The translations under genes and the position numbers were made by a program. DNA of 64,000 bases, from positions 1 to 64,000 of the forward strand of contig JBFGZE010000002.1 of assembly GCA_041586955.1 (NCBI GenBank), in the 5' to 3' direction. Of this stretch, positions 1-9,829 are shown piece by piece. This stretch comes from Bacteriovoracaceae bacterium. Lineage in GTDB: Bacteria; Bdellovibrionota; Bacteriovoracia; Bacteriovoracales; Bacteriovoracaceae. Each line of letters starts with the position of its first letter. The first letter of the stretch is position 1. The notes under the pieces are model-generated. The model saw nothing but the letters and a program-made list of their open reading frames with translations. It made no database searches and had not been told where the DNA came from.

Positions 1-931
1 ATAAAAACTCCCGTAGAAGGTTGATTTTCATTTTATCAAGATTAAGAGTTTTGCGGATATGGTTAGAAAGAGAATTTTTACCTCTTTCTTTACTCAAGCG
101 GGTGATTATATCGGCAATGGCCAAATCTGGCTTGAGGTCAATTTGTAAACGAGGTGCTTGGCATTGATTAATCGCCTTCGCTATTTCGCGCGATACCTCA
201 TAAATGCCTCCTCCCTCGATACCATATTGGGTAAGCATTATTTCGCCGGTAGAATGGGCGTCGTTGAAATTGATCCTAATATTTTTAATAGGTGCCGTAT
301 CAAATAAACTTTTGAAATAATTAGACCAATTGATTTCAAATCCACAATTCATTGGGCGGAAGGGAATAATCTTGACGGACTTCTTGTGAAATAAAGATGT
401 CCATAGACCTGTTGATCCCGTTTTTTTCCAGCTGGAACCGCCTAGAGAAAGAATTAAATGAGAAAACTGGAGCTGTAACTCTTGATCTTCTGTTTTTATG
501 GTAATTTGTTGGTTCTCGATCTTGATTAATTGAGAATGATTGAAAAATGTAAAATTCTCAAAAGAATTGAGTAACTTCATCCACTTGATCAGCATTTCCC
601 CGGCCTTCATTTTAGTCGGGAAGACTCGACCTGAGCTGCCGATAAATGTTTCAACTTCCAATAATTGACAGAAATTTCTTAAGTCTAGAGGGCCAAAGTC
701 GCTGAGCAGATGATGAAATATCTTTTTATTTTTGCCATATCTGGCCGCCATTTTGTCGAGACTTTCTGAGTGGGTTAAATTGAGACCGCCGTGGCCGGCC
801 ACAAGAAACTTCTTTCCGGCACCGGACATATGGTCATATAAATGAACTCTCAGTCCAGCGCTCAGAAGCTGATAGGCCGCAAAAAGGCCCGCTGGGCCCG
901 CACCAACAATAATGACAGGGTTTGTACTCAT
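1..931 (-). CDS. HI0933/YhiN-family NAD(P)/FAD-dependent flavoprotein (3' end runs off the window)
   Basis: Hand translation from ATG at 931: MSTNPVIIVGAGPAGLFAAYQLLSAG...GKKFLVAGHGGLNLTHSE (GxGxxG plus the family KFLVAGxGGxNxT motif); not in the ORF track because it is truncated. Confidence 0.9.
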   Translation of the reverse strand, partial: MSTNPVIIVGAGPAGLFAAYQLLSAGLRVHLYDHMSGAGKKFLVAGHGGLNLTHSESLDKMAARYGKNKKIFHHLLSDFGPLDLRNFCQLLEVETFIGSSGRVFPTKMKAGEMLIKWMKLLNSFENFTFFNHSQLIKIENQQITIKTEDQELQLQFSHLILSLGGSSWKKTGSTGLWTSLFHKKSVKIIPFRPMNCGFEINWSNYFKSLFDTAPIKNIRINFNDAHSTGEIMLTQYGIEGGGIYEVSREIAKAINQCQAPRLQIDLKPDLAIADIITRLSKERGKNSLSNHIRKTLNLDKMKINLLREFL

Positions 932-1038
932 AGATTTACCATAACATGGAAAATAGAGGGTCGCTAGACAAGACCGACTTTAACACTTGGTGACTTTTAA
1001 AGATTAGCCATAAATGGCCGATAAATATCTCTGGAGGA

Positions 1039-2808
1039 GTGTTTATGTTTTTAATTAGTAGAATTTCAACTTTGGCCTTAATTTATCTTTTTATAGGCTG
1101 TTCTCAACTTTCAAAAGAGAATAACTATTCAAGTCGTTTTCCCGCTGCCAAGTCACAGGGTTGTTTTTCTGGATTAAATTACATCCTTCTCAAAAGACAA
1201 AGAGGGAAAACCATCAAAGAATTAGTGAAAGGGGGCGGGCTGACTGACTTTAAGGATTTATTTTGGCAGGGGCATTTGGCCGAACGGGCCACCAAGAAAA
1301 TACCTGATGGTCGATTTTACCGTAAATTTAGGCGTCTGAATCAATCCTTCCACGTCCCAGCTCTTTTTCAAGAGAAGAACGGGTTTACAGGGGAGGTCGA
1401 CACCTTTAGCACCATTGTCAAAGTTGTGGACAATCATGTTGATATAAGGCCTGATGAGCTAGAGGCGATTGATGATGTGAAAGGCTGGATAAACTATGTG
1501 AAAGATTATAAAAATCGCATGGAATTAATTTTAGATACAGGCTTTGAGCAACGGCGACAGCTTCAGAAATTAAGGGAAAGGGTTCAGAAGTTAAATAAGG
1601 AGGAATTTCCTCTTGAGGTTAAAGTTCCAATCGTCAATAAAAAAGGTCAAGCAGATGAAAGTGTCATAGAGTTTGAGAGTAAAGATGATCTTGTCGATTT
1701 TATCGAAGATACTCGTCGTGAGGTTAAGTTAACATTTTCTCAAAATTATGTTGATGAGTTTTTTAAAAAAGGACGCCTTTATAAAGGGATGCTCGATCAA
1801 GCGATATATGTGCGTAGACTTGAGCTGGCGTTGGAGCGCCTTAAAAATATACCCAATGCAAAATTGGATAAGGCGCAAATGGAGCTTAAGGCCCTGATTC
1901 AAGAGGTATTGAAGGAGCCGTCGAATCAAGCGCGCGGAGACGTGATGAGAGCTGTTCGCCGGAAAGAAATGTGGGCCGAGTTTTGGGCCTCGCTTAGGTT
2001 TTGGAAGTCGGAAAGAGTTGTCAAAGAGGCGAAATACGAAGTTCCTTCAGTGGTGATGGAACAAGCGAAAGCGCTATCTCCTGCTGGAGTGATGATTAGA
2101 TCGGCCGCTATTTTGACGATTGCTTCGACAGCAATTGGAACGCCGCTTAGTGTTATTTATAACGATAATCCTTGGATCCAATATATTCAAAGCTCTATTG
2201 TAAATCGCTATAACGACTTTATTGTTTTTACATTAGGCCTCCCCAGTGCCGATTTAAGCGCTTGTTATAAATCAACCAGAGCTTTTGCCCTGGAAGATAC
2301 ATCTACTATGAATGATTTTGTCGAATCTCATCTTAGTCGTTATACCGCCTTATCTCGAATAGATTCTTCAAAAACGCCAGAGGATTATGAAGTTTATAAC
2401 CGCCGAAAATTGAAACTGCAGGCACTTTGTTCAAAGATGCGCCTTGAGTATGGAAGTGCGGCAAGGCATGTTAGAAATAAAGAACTCGCCAATGAGCATG
2501 GATATCGCTTTGCTGCCCATTTGCTTTTCGTGGAATTGGTGGAGCAGCACCACCCAAAAGGAAAAAAACTTGCTTCTCTTCTTTATGAATATTTTGAGCA
2601 AAAGGAATTTATCGAAAACGATCTTAGGGCGCAAAAAACTTTCAATAAAATTACTTCCATCGCAGGAAAAAAGTTTGCCCGGGATTTAGAGGAGTACCAA
2701 ATAAATATTGCGAAAGCAGTTCCCTTTATTCGTTCAGGGGAGTTCAACGTTTATTACCCTAGTACGGAAGAATTTCTTGAAAAACTAAGAACTTTACCAA
2801 GTGATTAG
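1039..2808 (+). CDS. Hypothetical lipoprotein, helical, with one internal hydrophobic segment
   Basis: 589-aa ORF, GGAGGA RBS, lipobox-like FIGC, hydrophobic AAILTIASTAIGTPLSVIY. Confidence 0.7.
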   Translation: MFMFLISRISTLALIYLFIGCSQLSKENNYSSRFPAAKSQGCFSGLNYILLKRQRGKTIKELVKGGGLTDFKDLFWQGHLAERATKKIPDGRFYRKFRRLNQSFHVPALFQEKNGFTGEVDTFSTIVKVVDNHVDIRPDELEAIDDVKGWINYVKDYKNRMELILDTGFEQRRQLQKLRERVQKLNKEEFPLEVKVPIVNKKGQADESVIEFESKDDLVDFIEDTRREVKLTFSQNYVDEFFKKGRLYKGMLDQAIYVRRLELALERLKNIPNAKLDKAQMELKALIQEVLKEPSNQARGDVMRAVRRKEMWAEFWASLRFWKSERVVKEAKYEVPSVVMEQAKALSPAGVMIRSAAILTIASTAIGTPLSVIYNDNPWIQYIQSSIVNRYNDFIVFTLGLPSADLSACYKSTRAFALEDTSTMNDFVESHLSRYTALSRIDSSKTPEDYEVYNRRKLKLQALCSKMRLEYGSAARHVRNKELANEHGYRFAAHLLFVELVEQHHPKGKKLASLLYEYFEQKEFIENDLRAQKTFNKITSIAGKKFARDLEEYQINIAKAVPFIRSGEFNVYYPSTEEFLEKLRTLPSD

Positions 2809-3035
2809 ATTGACATTTTTCAGTGAAGCTAATTGAGTAAAGTATTTTAATGCTTCCTTTTGTGTGTCGCGTGGTGCTCTTTGTCTTAAGAGGCAGGGCC
2901 ATGCGGCGTCCATTTAATGATTATCTTTTAAGAGAGGTCGTGTTCATCGGCATTTTCTTTTCTTTATTATGGCATCATCTTTGCCGCTTAAATAATAAGT
3001 GTGATTAGTAATTTACTAATCTAGGAGGTGAATGC

Positions 3036-3857
3036 ATGAAAATAACAAATAATTTGGCCTTGGCAGCTTTTACGGTTGTGGCATTGGCCTTTACGTCATT
3101 AATTGATGCCCGTCCCATTTTAAATTTAAATAATAATATGAGGCTTGTTCTCCAATATCAGGATCAGCAATTTACCGGGAGAAGTGTATTAAATCTACGT
3201 CGAAAACTGCGTCAACAATTCCCGGGTATCAGGTTACGGAATTTGACAGTTCAACGGGTGCGCTTATTGGCCAAATCCCGTAGAGGACAAGGAACAGCTA
3301 AATTGATCATTGGAGGATTTGAATCTCGTAACAAAACTATCGATGGTAATCGTCGTGGGTTTTTTAACTCGAGTCGTTCAACGTTTGATAGCGTTCGTTT
3401 TCGTCTCCCCAATTCTTTTATGCCAAGTGGCCGTCCATGGAGAATTAAGTTACGCGGGAATATTATTGTGAGGAGAGTGGTGATGCAATTGAAGACTTCT
3501 TTTACTGCAGGTCCCTCGCCCTTTGTGATATTTCAATCGGCGGGAGTCGCCGCTTTTTCTAAATTTAGAGAAACCCGAGTTGTCTTTCCCGTGAATCAGT
3601 CTAACGTGGGAATGCTGCAATTAATAGGTGTTAAGCGACCTGTCTATGTCAATAGGGCCATCGCCGTTCTTAGAAATGGTCGACGAGTTCCTCTTGTAGA
3701 GTTTGAGGGACGAATTGATAGAAGGGAGGTCAGGTCTTTTCGTTTTCGCTTTAATCGAAGGAATATTCAGGTTAAACGAGTGATCATAGTAGGGAGCTCG
3801 ATCCGTTTAATTGGTAGTCGTGGTCGCTTAAATTTGATGGTTGGAACGATTCCTTAA
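3036..3857 (+). CDS. Secreted, very Arg-rich beta-rich hypothetical protein
   Basis: AGGAGG RBS, signal peptide, alternating beta-strand patterns, downstream terminator. Confidence 0.75.
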   Translation: MKITNNLALAAFTVVALAFTSLIDARPILNLNNNMRLVLQYQDQQFTGRSVLNLRRKLRQQFPGIRLRNLTVQRVRLLAKSRRGQGTAKLIIGGFESRNKTIDGNRRGFFNSSRSTFDSVRFRLPNSFMPSGRPWRIKLRGNIIVRRVVMQLKTSFTAGPSPFVIFQSAGVAAFSKFRETRVVFPVNQSNVGMLQLIGVKRPVYVNRAIAVLRNGRRVPLVEFEGRIDRREVRSFRFRFNRRNIQVKRVIIVGSSIRLIGSRGRLNLMVGTIP

Positions 3858-3885
3858 GGGCTTAATAATGTAGCACTTTAAATCG

Positions 3886-3913
3886 AGGAGGCCTTTTAGA
3901 GGCCTCCTTTTTT
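3886..3913 (+). terminator. Rho-independent terminator
   Basis: AGGAGGCC-ttttaga-GGCCTCCT followed by a T-tract. Confidence 0.85.
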
Positions 3914-4324
3914 ATACTCATAAAAAGATTCAATAATTTATAAAAATGGTTTTTATTTGTTTTTTATCTAGTTAACTACTTGTTTTTAAATAAATAGTTA
4001 AGATACTTCAAAATTGATAAGTATATTTTATTTAATCAGATCTGTAGATTGGCGCTGAGAAATAGATTCAAGACAAGGACTAGGTCGTGATTAAACTTCT
4101 TCAAGCTCAAGGCACACAAAATACAAACATGACATTATTGGCAGGAACCTTTCAATTGCTCGGAATCGAGGATGAAATGGTTTTAGATAAATGGGAGAGA
4201 TTGAGTGGAATGCTTGTTCTTAATGTTTTAGAAATAGGTGCTCAATTAGGACTTATCCTTAGACAATATCCATTGACGGTGGCCTTTGCTTAAAGCAGGT
4301 CAATAATTTTTGAGAGGGAATTTT

Positions 4325-4516
4325 ATGAAAACTCAAACTCATAATAACGGCGAATTAAAAGAATTACGAGTTTCAATTGACAAAGAAATTGTTGAATGTG
4401 TAGACCGAATGGTCTGTCATACCGGTATCAGCCGTGAAGATATAGTCGTCATTGCTTTGAAGCGGTTTCGTGCTTGTCACGCAGATTATGAAGGGCAAAC
4501 CCCTTCATTCGATTAA
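4325..4516 (+). CDS. Small ribbon-helix-helix-like DNA-binding protein
   Basis: ATG at 4325 after GAGGG; LRVSIDKEIVECVDRM...GISREDIVVIALKRF fits the RHH pattern. Confidence 0.55.
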   Translation: MKTQTHNNGELKELRVSIDKEIVECVDRMVCHTGISREDIVVIALKRFRACHADYEGQTPSFD

Positions 4517-4896
4517 ATTGCCATCCCCCGAGACAATGAGGGGAGAAGGGTCTGCAATAAAATAGAGATAGCTCATGAGTATCAATTTATGTGGTTCCAT
4601 CATGAGCAATCTCTGGCGCCTTTGATCGATGAGGCCTCTTCAATCATAAATAATTTAATTTTTATTACAGGCAGTATCTTTTTTAAAATAAAGCACTATT
4701 CGCGATTCATAAATTTTTTAAACAATGATTTACCTCTTCATTAGGAGGAGTCTTCATAAGTGGTCTTGTTAAGCTTATTTAATAATAAATTTATTAATTA
4801 AGAGGAGCAGCTAATAAATATCTTTATGAGCGTCATTGCAGTTTAAGAGAAGATGAGTAAACTATAATGAGACTGTAATTTGTAGGAGGTCAAATT

Positions 4897-5556
4897 ATGT
4901 TATTTTCAATTAAAACACTTAAGAAATTGCTACCCGTTTGTATTACTGTAATAGGTTTTAATACTCATGCTGCTTTATTAGTCGAACCTTTAGTCGGTCT
5001 GTCCTTAAATGGTGGTGGTGACTCTAAGATCAAAGTTGATAACGGTAACACTACAAATTGGGAGAATGATTACTCTGCCTTAGGTTATGGTTTACGTTTA
5101 GGATATGAATCTATATTAGGAATAATGGTTGGCGCTGAATACTCGGCCCAATTATCTCATGGAATGAAAGTCAAAAATAAGGCGTCTGGCACTTTCACTT
5201 ATGATGGCGTTGAAACGAATGAGTATGAGTTTGACGCCTCTACACGAAATATTGGTATCTTTGTCGGCTATTCTTTTCCGATATTACTTCGCGTTTGGGG
5301 AACCTTCTTCTTCGACTCAACATTGTCTGTTGAAGCAGACGCAACTCCAAGGGCCGTTGATGCAAATGGTAATGAGTATGATGGTTCAGGGAGGTCTTTT
5401 GGTGTCGGTTATACGGGCCTACCTTTTATCAGTGTTAACCTTGAATATAGAACTTTTGAATGGGATGAAAAAAGGCCAAGAGCAAACTCTAATTATACTG
5501 CAGATCACGAGGCATCAGAAATTTTCTTAAGCGTTAGTGCTCCGTTTTCCTTTTAA
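4897..5556 (+). CDS. Outer membrane beta-barrel protein
   Basis: AGGAGG RBS, signal peptide, amphipathic strands (YGLRLGY, FGVGY), C-terminal Phe. Confidence 0.8.
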   Translation: MLFSIKTLKKLLPVCITVIGFNTHAALLVEPLVGLSLNGGGDSKIKVDNGNTTNWENDYSALGYGLRLGYESILGIMVGAEYSAQLSHGMKVKNKASGTFTYDGVETNEYEFDASTRNIGIFVGYSFPILLRVWGTFFFDSTLSVEADATPRAVDANGNEYDGSGRSFGVGYTGLPFISVNLEYRTFEWDEKRPRANSNYTADHEASEIFLSVSAPFSF

Positions 5557-5582
5557 AAAATCTTCTATAAAAAAGACAAAAG

Positions 5583-5612
5583 GAGCGAGTTTGTAAAACT
5601 CGCTCTTTTTTT
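5583..5612 (+). terminator. Rho-independent terminator
   Basis: GAGCGAGTTT-gta-AAACTCGCTC plus T7. Confidence 0.85.
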
Positions 5613-5680
5613 GAGATTTATAAGCTGAAGGACATTTTTCTTGCAAAAGGAAGGGGTTACTCTGCTATTTGCGATAACGA

Positions 5681-5717
5681 AAGAAGACAGACCAAGTTAA
5701 ACATGGCCTGTCTTCTT
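5681..5717 (-). terminator. Probable terminator of the minus-strand lipoprotein gene
   Basis: AAGAAGACAG...CTGTCTTCTT inverted repeat just beyond the stop at 5733. Confidence 0.6.
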
Positions 5718-5732
5718 GTTTGACATAAAATA

Positions 5733-7682
5733 TTAAGGGTGGCAATTGATGATTCTGACAAATCGGCGTCCATAACTATCCTGTGCACTTAACCAATAAT
5801 TGGCATTTCCTAGAACTTCGCTGCCAGTGATACTTGATAGGCTTGCTGAAAGGTCAACAGAGTTGGCATTACTAGAAATATTTGACCCACCATTATGCGA
5901 GGTCCAAGTGGAATCTTCGCTATAATAGACGCTTAGCCAATCTAGCTCCATTCCTGCAGGTGCAGAAACCGAAAATGAAGTCCTAGCAATTGAACAAAGA
6001 TTAGAATCTCCAAGAATGGGCATAACGGAAGCAGCATTAGCACTACTTACCGGTAAAGGTTTATTGACATAAAAAGTTTCCACGATGATATCATTCGTAA
6101 CAGCATTACCATTAAGGTCTACGCCATTTTCTTGAAAGCTTAATTCAAATTTTTGCTTGGATTTCATTTTTGCCATAATAGCATCTGTTAAAGCGATACG
6201 ATTGGCATCCCAATTCACATCACAATTGGCACATGTTGTCGCCTGTTCAACGTTAGTTGAAAAATCGCGATATTTGCGACTTGAAACAATTAAATTATTA
6301 TTAAATAATTCAAGTGCGATTGGGGCACCGCCCATCGCGGTATACAGGTCATTATTATCAACGGCCTTTAAAGTAATGTTTGTGATATTCGTCGAAGCTG
6401 CCGCATAATCACTACTATCTAGATAGAGATCTAGTTCTGAGCGGTATTTTTCCTGTGTCGTATTATTGGTCAAATTATTTTCTGTTTCGTGCATGCTTTG
6501 GGCGTTAATCCAAACGCGGTAAAGATGTTGGTTGCCATAGAACTTCCAATCGGCGCCATCTTTTTTCATTATTTCAACTTCTTGGCCATCAAATTCGCCA
6601 TTATAGTAAAAATTGAAGGAAACCGTGGCCAAGCTATTTCCGGCGTCGTAGGAGAGTACCGTGACATCTGTCATGGAAACTCCTGCAGCATCAACCTGAG
6701 TACAAGAGGTTGCATCTGTTGCTTCCTCGCCTTGAGTGTCTTGGCAAAAAAAGCCCCAAGCATCAGTACTACCGTTTCTTCCATTCCATTTATAATCGGT
6801 ATGAAAAAAACCAGCAATTGTCGCGTGTAAGGAGTTTTTATCGCAAGCGCCACTAGTCACAGCGGCACCATTGCAGCTCTCGATCGCCGAAAACGATTGG
6901 GTCATATTTAATAATGCGCCTTTAATTTCATCCAGAACTGTCAGTTGGGCACTTGCCGCCGCGATATCGCCACTGACGTCGACGGGCGTTTCGTCAAGAA
7001 CGGTGGGGTCATCACTAATAATCGTTGTGCCAGCACCTTTAATTTTAATTTCAATCTTAGTCGATGATTCGACGTCGACGTCTAGAGCATCAAGAACTTT
7101 ATCCATTCCCTGGCCAGAGCCTGCTACGAAGTCACCATTCATAAGGTCGAGAGAGGTGTCATTGAGAATCCCAGAACCTCCAATCACGCCTGAGTTAATC
7201 AAGGAGTCGAGGAGTTCGTCTTTTTGACTTTCTAGTTTGGCGTTCGTAAACTCGGATGCCTCTGCCATAAAATTATCAAACAGGCTACCGGGGTCTTTAT
7301 TTTCAAAAACATTGGCCACAATCGTATGGGTAAGTGGTGTGATGTTGACCTTTTTATTATTGGCCAAATCCTCTTCACTTGCCACGGAGATGAAGCGCTC
7401 GCCGGTAGGAGCTGTGACACGTATGAGAAATGGGGAGGTTAGGTTAGAAACAGCAGCTTGATAAACACCTGAGGATGATGTTGTCGTTTCCACTATTAAA
7501 CCATTTTTACCTTTTATTTCGACCTGCCCATTGGAGATAGGAGCGCCAGTTGCAGCGACCCCTGTCAATGCCGAGCTTGCCACCGTTACACCAGCAGTTG
7601 TTGTGGCATTATCACCGCAGCTATTAAGAATGATGGTGAAGGTTATTAGGATAGATGTTTTTATGAATGTTATGGTTTTCAT
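5733..7682 (-). CDS. Large acidic lipoprotein with an N-terminal carboxypeptidase-regulatory-like (transthyretin-like) domain
   Basis: Lipobox LNSC; LTGVAATGAPI...TTTSSSGVY...PFLIRVT...VNITPLT pattern. Confidence 0.7.
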   Translation of the reverse strand: MKTITFIKTSILITFTIILNSCGDNATTTAGVTVASSALTGVAATGAPISNGQVEIKGKNGLIVETTTSSSGVYQAAVSNLTSPFLIRVTAPTGERFISVASEEDLANNKKVNITPLTHTIVANVFENKDPGSLFDNFMAEASEFTNAKLESQKDELLDSLINSGVIGGSGILNDTSLDLMNGDFVAGSGQGMDKVLDALDVDVESSTKIEIKIKGAGTTIISDDPTVLDETPVDVSGDIAAASAQLTVLDEIKGALLNMTQSFSAIESCNGAAVTSGACDKNSLHATIAGFFHTDYKWNGRNGSTDAWGFFCQDTQGEEATDATSCTQVDAAGVSMTDVTVLSYDAGNSLATVSFNFYYNGEFDGQEVEIMKKDGADWKFYGNQHLYRVWINAQSMHETENNLTNNTTQEKYRSELDLYLDSSDYAAASTNITNITLKAVDNNDLYTAMGGAPIALELFNNNLIVSSRKYRDFSTNVEQATTCANCDVNWDANRIALTDAIMAKMKSKQKFELSFQENGVDLNGNAVTNDIIVETFYVNKPLPVSSANAASVMPILGDSNLCSIARTSFSVSAPAGMELDWLSVYYSEDSTWTSHNGGSNISSNANSVDLSASLSSITGSEVLGNANYWLSAQDSYGRRFVRIINCHP

Positions 7683-7949
7683 ACCCAGATCCTTTTTTAT
7701 TTTTGGTTTAAGTTTATTGGGTTGATCTTTCAGCTTTATTTTATTCCAGGATGAGAAATCTCCTCATTTAATACATGACGATCTAAAAAATAACCGTCTT
7801 TTTGAGGAGTTAGCCGCCAATATGGCCAATGGTGGTTATTGTTGCGCAGATTCCTGACACGCACGAATTGCCTCCCTTTTGTGGTTTTTTAAGTTTTATG
7901 ACGGATTATTTGATAGTTACTTTACCCTGAAAGGGTGACATAAGACCGT

Positions 7950-8684
7950 TCATTGATCACAACCATAAATACGAAAGGCCATATCGGGATTACCTCCTGG
8001 CGTTGCCCACCCAACCTCATCATTAACTGTCCATTTATGGGAACCGCCGGGATACCAATTGGAACCACCAGAACTCGTTGCTTGAATGAGAAAACCCTGG
8101 CCAGCACCTAGAAAAAACCCTTCAACTACCATCCAATATGTTGTCGCAGCATTAACGGGATAATGGGCGGGGAGATCAAACTGGGTCCAGCCATACGCAC
8201 CGGATGGCACTTGAGAACCACTAATTGTGGATAGGGTAAGGGGAACAATACTTGGGCGATTTTCCTGATCAGCACGGATGTCGAGAGTGACCTGGGATAA
8301 CTCATTATTGCCAATGGAGTTTTTCCCCATTTTTAAATCAATTCGTGTGATGTACTTGGCGCTAGAGAAACTAAAGCTTTGAGCGGGTTTTTCTTGGTCG
8401 GTATCAATAGTACCCGGTTGTGCCAGCCCAGATGTAAAGAGAGAGTTACTCGCAATGATAGTTGGCGATGAGCACCCACTTCCACCTTCACTGCCACCGT
8501 CACTTTCAACGTCATTATCTTCTATGGAGGGAGGTGTCGCCCCAATACAGGTGGCAGAAAAGAGACTGTTAAGGTCACAGCCCTCTGTACCGGTTTCTTC
8601 TATTTTTTGATCTTCTGTGCAGCCCAAAAGAAAAATGAGGGATCCCAAAAGAACAAGGAGTAAAATTTGGTGGAATGAACGCAT
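7950..8684 (-). CDS. Lipoprotein with a choice-of-anchor-R-like beta-sandwich domain
   Basis: Lipobox LLGC, acidic/Gly linker, AQSF...ITRIDL...WTQFDL...TTYWMVV; AGGAGG RBS. Confidence 0.6.
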   Translation of the reverse strand: MRSFHQILLLVLLGSLIFLLGCTEDQKIEETGTEGCDLNSLFSATCIGATPPSIEDNDVESDGGSEGGSGCSSPTIIASNSLFTSGLAQPGTIDTDQEKPAQSFSFSSAKYITRIDLKMGKNSIGNNELSQVTLDIRADQENRPSIVPLTLSTISGSQVPSGAYGWTQFDLPAHYPVNAATTYWMVVEGFFLGAGQGFLIQATSSGGSNWYPGGSHKWTVNDEVGWATPGGNPDMAFRIYGCDQ

Positions 8685-9139
8685 AAATGAAGACCTCCTG
8701 TTAGTCAGAACGGCCTCGTCATTTCTCTCTCTGGACTCGGTCCTTGCCGATATTGTCCATGGGTTACCTTAGCATTTGAACGGTTCATAAAATTAGATGG
8801 AAAAAATTGCTTTTAATTAAATTTAAATACTTACAGAGAATAAAAATTAAATCTTATCTTTATAAATATTCCCAATTTGGGCCGGTTAGTTAAAGATGGA
8901 TCTTTTAATGAGAGTGCGTTGGGGGCCCTAAGGGTCGCTAATAATAAAAAACATACTATTTCTAACTTTTGAAATACTCCCTTGATAGATTAATAATTAA
9001 AAATATTTAACCTCTATATATTTTAAGTGGGTTAAATATTATTGATAGTTTTACTTTCTTAAAAAAGTACCTGATCAGGAAGATTTGAGGAGGGATAGGT
9101 CATCTTGACCTTTTTGTGGTATTCAATTTTAATTATTTT

Positions 9140-9829
9140 ATGAAAAAAAAATATTTACTATTTTTCTTCATTTATGTTCTGTCTTTGTTAACATTCTCTA
9201 GTTTTGCGAGTCAGGGTCATCACTATAACGATATTTCCGTTTTAAGAGACTTTAAATCGAAGTCTTCTTTAAAAATTAATGTTTGCTATAGTTATGATAA
9301 AAATTTTGGCTTGCCAAAACTTACTTTAGAAAATGAAATAAAACGATCTCTTTCTCTTTGGACTCGTTACTTACTTGCTCAGATATACGATTATAAGTTT
9401 GGCGGAGATAAGAGTACGCCCCCCCCAATTTTAAAAGCTCCCAAATTTATTTTTTCTGGAGAGACATGTTACGCCAAGGGGCTTTCCATCCAATTTGTCT
9501 TTAAAGGGAAAGGGCATTTGGTTTATCGGGATAGTTTTTTTAGTTCTAAACAGTATTCATTGACACGCTATTATAAGGAAATCAACCAATTACAAGTCGC
9601 TTTAGTACCGTCGGGCTTTTATGAAGAGCAGGGACCTCATTGGCGTGAGTCCCAAATTTTTGAATTACAGGCCCATCTTTTACATGAATTAGGGCACATT
9701 CTGGGTTATGGCCATAAAGATGGAACCATTATGAGTTCTGATATATGGTCGTTGGCCAAGACTCGCCATCATTATGAAAGTGAAGTTGACTCTCTGAAAG
9801 GGATTATTTCTTTGCCTCTAATTCAATAA
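9140..9829 (+). CDS. Secreted metzincin/matrixin-family zinc metalloprotease
   Basis: Signal peptide; HELGHILGYGH zinc motif and Met-turn (TIMS). Confidence 0.8.
   Translation: MKKKYLLFFFIYVLSLLTFSSFASQGHHYNDISVLRDFKSKSSLKINVCYSYDKNFGLPKLTLENEIKRSLSLWTRYLLAQIYDYKFGGDKSTPPPILKAPKFIFSGETCYAKGLSIQFVFKGKGHLVYRDSFFSSKQYSLTRYYKEINQLQVALVPSGFYEEQGPHWRESQIFELQAHLLHELGHILGYGHKDGTIMSSDIWSLAKTRHHYESEVDSLKGIISLPLIQ

Noticed and set aside
4087..4293. 68-aa ORF as a toxin partner of the RHH gene
   Set aside because: No recognisable toxin motif and weak coding evidence; cannot be supported
7780..7949. Riboswitch (e.g. c-di-GMP) upstream of the large lipoprotein gene
   Set aside because: Hairpins are present but no GEMM consensus, and the best stem pairs on the non-coding strand
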